NCBI GenBank assembly: GCA_000091205.1
Contig: AP006490.2
Length of the DNA stretch: 64,000 bases
From: Cyanidioschyzon merolae
Lineage: Eukaryota
Strand: one strand, 5' to 3'
A program made the translations under genes and the position numbers. The notes below the pieces were generated by a model. That model saw only the letters and a list, made by a program, of their open reading frames with translations, searched no databases and was not told the DNA's origin. How positions within the stretch are numbered: position 1 is the stretch's first letter; every line of letters starts with the position of its first letter. This document shows, piece after piece, positions 61,158-64,000 of the stretch.

Positions 61158-63938
61158 TCAGCCGGGCTCAGATACGTTCGAGCGAAAGAATGCCCCCTTC
61201 GAGATCCAGGCTTTGACGCGTGCCCGCCGTCGCTCCCGGCACCGTCGGAGCAAATGACCCAACGCCTGCCCGTGTGCTATGCGGCTCGCTATACAGGCGA
61301 TATCCTCAAATGCAACGCATGCAGCGCAGGCGTCTGCATCGTTCTCTGGACTGGCGTGCCAAGTGGTGTAGGGCGTCGCGTCGACGACATGCGCATCCAG
61401 TGCGCTCTCGTAGCATCGATACTGGCAATGTTCAAAGTGAATGAGCGGATACACCGGGCTAATGCGTGCATCGGTGCCATTCGATGACCGCGAATCTAGT
61501 GCCAGACAACGAGGTGGATGCACTGCGTCCTCGTAGCGCAGCCTGATGACAAGGAGCGGTCCGTCCGGGTCGTCGGCAGCGTATGCGTACCGCTGCGCCT
61601 GGCGTATATCGCCGCCGCGCAGCGCACCCACGTACAGCAGGCGCAAGCCAGGTGCTGCGTCAAACGTATCGAACGGGGTTAGCGTTTCCAGCCCCGATAC
61701 CCGGATGCGTTGCCGAGGCCAGTGGACATATACGCGACGCGTGAACACACGAGCACCCAACTTGCCGTCAGTCTCGAGTGGAACGATATTCACACCGAAT
61801 TTGGCGGAGCCTAGTAGCCGCCACACCCCGGGCTGTGCAGATACCGGCACGACACAACAGAGACGCACGAGCGAGCCCTCGTATTTGGTTCGCAGGAGCT
61901 GTGCTAGGTCCAGTGGACAATCCCAAACCTCTACCTTGGCTAAATGTTTGCCCAGCGGGTCCGCCACGCCAAGCGTTAACAAGGAGCCTATTTTTGGCGG
62001 GAATTTGTCTACGTGTCCTGATGCGTGCACCGCATCCGTGCACGCATCGCTTTCGAGATGCTCAGGGTGCCCGCACGCAGACCAGGCGCCAGGCGTACGA
62101 GGCGCCGCATCTGGGCTCCACGAAAATATGGGTACAGGGCAGGCATGGAGTTGCCCGTGTTCAGCATCTGCGACGATCTGTGCGGTGTAGGTTGCGCTCA
62201 GAAGGTATCTTGGCTTTCCGGGGAGAGTTCCCGGCTGACGGGGTGAAACATAGGCCCCATTTTTGTCCAACTGTCGTTGTTGTTGGTGGTGGTGTAGCGT
62301 TTCCGCGACGAACCTTAGTGGATGGACTCGGTGCAGGACGACGTCCAGGGCGGGAACGGTGCCGCCCAAGGGATCGGTCTGTGGCAGGGTCACCGCCATC
62401 AATGCGGATTGCACACGACCTATTGCCTGATGAACGGAATCGCCGATACGTTTCATCGACCAGCGCTGCTTCTGGAACAGTGGCGCTGGATGGACGCTGT
62501 TCAGGGACAGGGTTAAAGAGATTCGCTCGATCTGTGCAGCCGCTGTACGGATGGAGCGCCTGCTGGCATGGTGCGGTGCCGCAGCGCTGCACTCTACCCG
62601 AGCCGCACCGATGTAAAGACAACCTGCCCTGGTCCATAGGCGATGAGGTGCAGAAACCGATCTGTAGCCAATCTGCGGTCGATATTGTAACGCTCGCTCC
62701 GTTGCTGCGAATACGCGCAGGTGATGCAGCCACGCTTCAACGGGCTGGGTACCTTTCGCAAAAACCAAGTAATGCCCGTCGCAAAGCAATAAGCATACAT
62801 GCTCAGTCTCGATGCTCGTTTCGCAATCGTAGCCTGGAACGAGGAGGAGTCTCATCGGGGGCAGATAACTAAAAGCGTCTGGAGCTCGAGCAATCGCTTC
62901 AAACATGGAACTAGAGCGTTGCTGTTCCATGCGACGATGGCAACGCCAGAAGCGCCCGATGAGTTGATACAGCACTTGCCATACGGTTAAGACGCGACCG
63001 AATAGTGCTTGCGGCACAGCGAGCTCTATGAGACTCATCTCGTAAATAATCAAGCACCAGTAACGACGAAACCAAGCAAGGGAACCTACTCGATTGACAA
63101 CCTGGGAGGCATTAACAGTCGGCTCGAAATCTTGCTGAGACACCAGCCAAAAGGTGTCCGTTGGATCCGGCTTTGGGTTTTCTTGAACGGTATCGTCAAC
63201 GCAGAAGAAACAGAAGAAATCCCACGCATCTAGGACTGCACCTTGGGCACGCAGTTTTGTAACAAGGCGCTCAGTGGCAGTGTCGTCGCGCCCAGTCGCA
63301 TGCAGCGACTCGAGTTTCGTGATCAGGGCATCCGCATCGTTGCGAGAGCACTTGAACCGGAAACGTATGCTTTCCCAGGGCGCAAACGCCGCACGAATCG
63401 CATGCACGGAAGGATGTTCCAGGTCGATATCACATGGAGGGCGCGGAAAACACTTTGGAACCAAAGCTGGCGACCAGTATCCCGTGCGGCGTGCCGCATC
63501 GCCGCGGAAGGCAGCATGTGCACCAGCCTTTGGGTCATGTTCAGGGCAGACAGGCAGTGACTGGATCTCTGGTGCATCCCCTGCTCCATGAGCATCGGTA
63601 CTTGTCTTGCTTCGATGGATGCTTGTCATTGGTGCCTCAGCCTTTGACGGTGGCGTGAAGCGTCGGGCCCGCGAACTGAGCGGTCTTGCAGGCGCTTCTA
63701 CCGAAGTCACGTCTGCAAACGGTGGTCGAGCGTGACAAACGGATATTCCATTGTCTTGATCGTTGATGTTTCCCGCCCGTTTCGAATTGTCCATGGAGCA
63801 CGGCGGCCTTTTTCGTGGAAGATTACTATTTGAAGCGGGCCAGATGCATCGCTTGCTGGGAGCTGCGTATGCATTGACGCACGAGCTCGGGCCCATATGC
63901 GCTACTTGTGGCTCATTCATTCCACAATCAATAGACAT
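61158..63938 (-). CDS. Hypothetical large protein, 926 aa
   Basis: Long uninterrupted ORF. No motif recognised. Confidence 0.45.
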   Translation of the reverse strand: MSIDCGMNEPQVAHMGPSSCVNAYAAPSKRCIWPASNSNLPRKRPPCSMDNSKRAGNINDQDNGISVCHARPPFADVTSVEAPARPLSSRARRFTPPSKAEAPMTSIHRSKTSTDAHGAGDAPEIQSLPVCPEHDPKAGAHAAFRGDAARRTGYWSPALVPKCFPRPPCDIDLEHPSVHAIRAAFAPWESIRFRFKCSRNDADALITKLESLHATGRDDTATERLVTKLRAQGAVLDAWDFFCFFCVDDTVQENPKPDPTDTFWLVSQQDFEPTVNASQVVNRVGSLAWFRRYWCLIIYEMSLIELAVPQALFGRVLTVWQVLYQLIGRFWRCHRRMEQQRSSSMFEAIARAPDAFSYLPPMRLLLVPGYDCETSIETEHVCLLLCDGHYLVFAKGTQPVEAWLHHLRVFAATERALQYRPQIGYRSVSAPHRLWTRAGCLYIGAARVECSAAAPHHASRRSIRTAAAQIERISLTLSLNSVHPAPLFQKQRWSMKRIGDSVHQAIGRVQSALMAVTLPQTDPLGGTVPALDVVLHRVHPLRFVAETLHHHQQQRQLDKNGAYVSPRQPGTLPGKPRYLLSATYTAQIVADAEHGQLHACPVPIFSWSPDAAPRTPGAWSACGHPEHLESDACTDAVHASGHVDKFPPKIGSLLTLGVADPLGKHLAKVEVWDCPLDLAQLLRTKYEGSLVRLCCVVPVSAQPGVWRLLGSAKFGVNIVPLETDGKLGARVFTRRVYVHWPRQRIRVSGLETLTPFDTFDAAPGLRLLYVGALRGGDIRQAQRYAYAADDPDGPLLVIRLRYEDAVHPPRCLALDSRSSNGTDARISPVYPLIHFEHCQYRCYESALDAHVVDATPYTTWHASPENDADACAACVAFEDIACIASRIAHGQALGHLLRRCRERRRARVKAWISKGAFFRSNVSEPG

Positions 63939-64000
63939 AGATGAAGCGTCTTGGTTGCGGAACTCGCATGGAAAAGCTCGCGAATTTGCAAACTCTTGCC

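Noticed and set aside
61778-62872. 364-aa plus-strand ORF inside the 926-aa minus-strand gene
   Set aside because: It is an antisense frame with an Arg/Gly-rich, low-complexity product and no motif.

Overview
This 64-kb window looks eukaryotic: GC-rich (by eye about 55-60%) and intron-poor. Long uninterrupted ORFs encode typical nuclear housekeeping proteins: ribosomal protein L5/uL18, a USP-type deubiquitinase, a mitochondrial carrier, cysteinyl-tRNA synthetase, trehalase, inositol-monophosphatase-family, HSDL2-like SDR, FKBP and two Nudix hydrolases. Gene order and intron paucity fit a compact protist or oomycete-like genome, but I cannot assign the organism. The standout content is a multi-copy family of degenerate mobile elements. 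Their ORF has a C-terminal 'NRDFNA(A/T)INIRR' motif and an upstream '[13 protein letters not shown]' motif that match RuvC-III and RuvC-I of IS200/605 TnpB and its eukaryotic Fanzor relatives. I found four substantial copies (24.0-25.3 kb minus; 25.4-26.6 kb plus; 27.4-30.1 kb plus, near full length about 2.7 kb; 43.7-46.3 kb minus, near full length). There is also an internally deleted MITE-like derivative at 13.2-13.7 kb and a solo 3'-end fragment at 60.5-60.7 kb. Every copy carries frameshifts or stops. The 3' 1.3 kb is nearly identical among three copies while the 5' halves are diverged. A conserved hairpin-rich 3'-terminal module, also present in the solo fragments, is a candidate omegaRNA-like region. 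Two copies lie head-to-head inside a roughly 4.3-kb palindromic inverted duplication. That duplication also duplicated a small hydrophilic-protein gene (CsbD/LEA-like), and both 97-aa copies are intact. A trehalase gene fragment abuts the right end of the 43.7-kb copy. Two tRNA-like genes (Phe-GAA-like minus, Glu-UUC-like plus) carry unusual insertions in their 5' halves. All identities and lengths are by-eye estimates; no searches were run.
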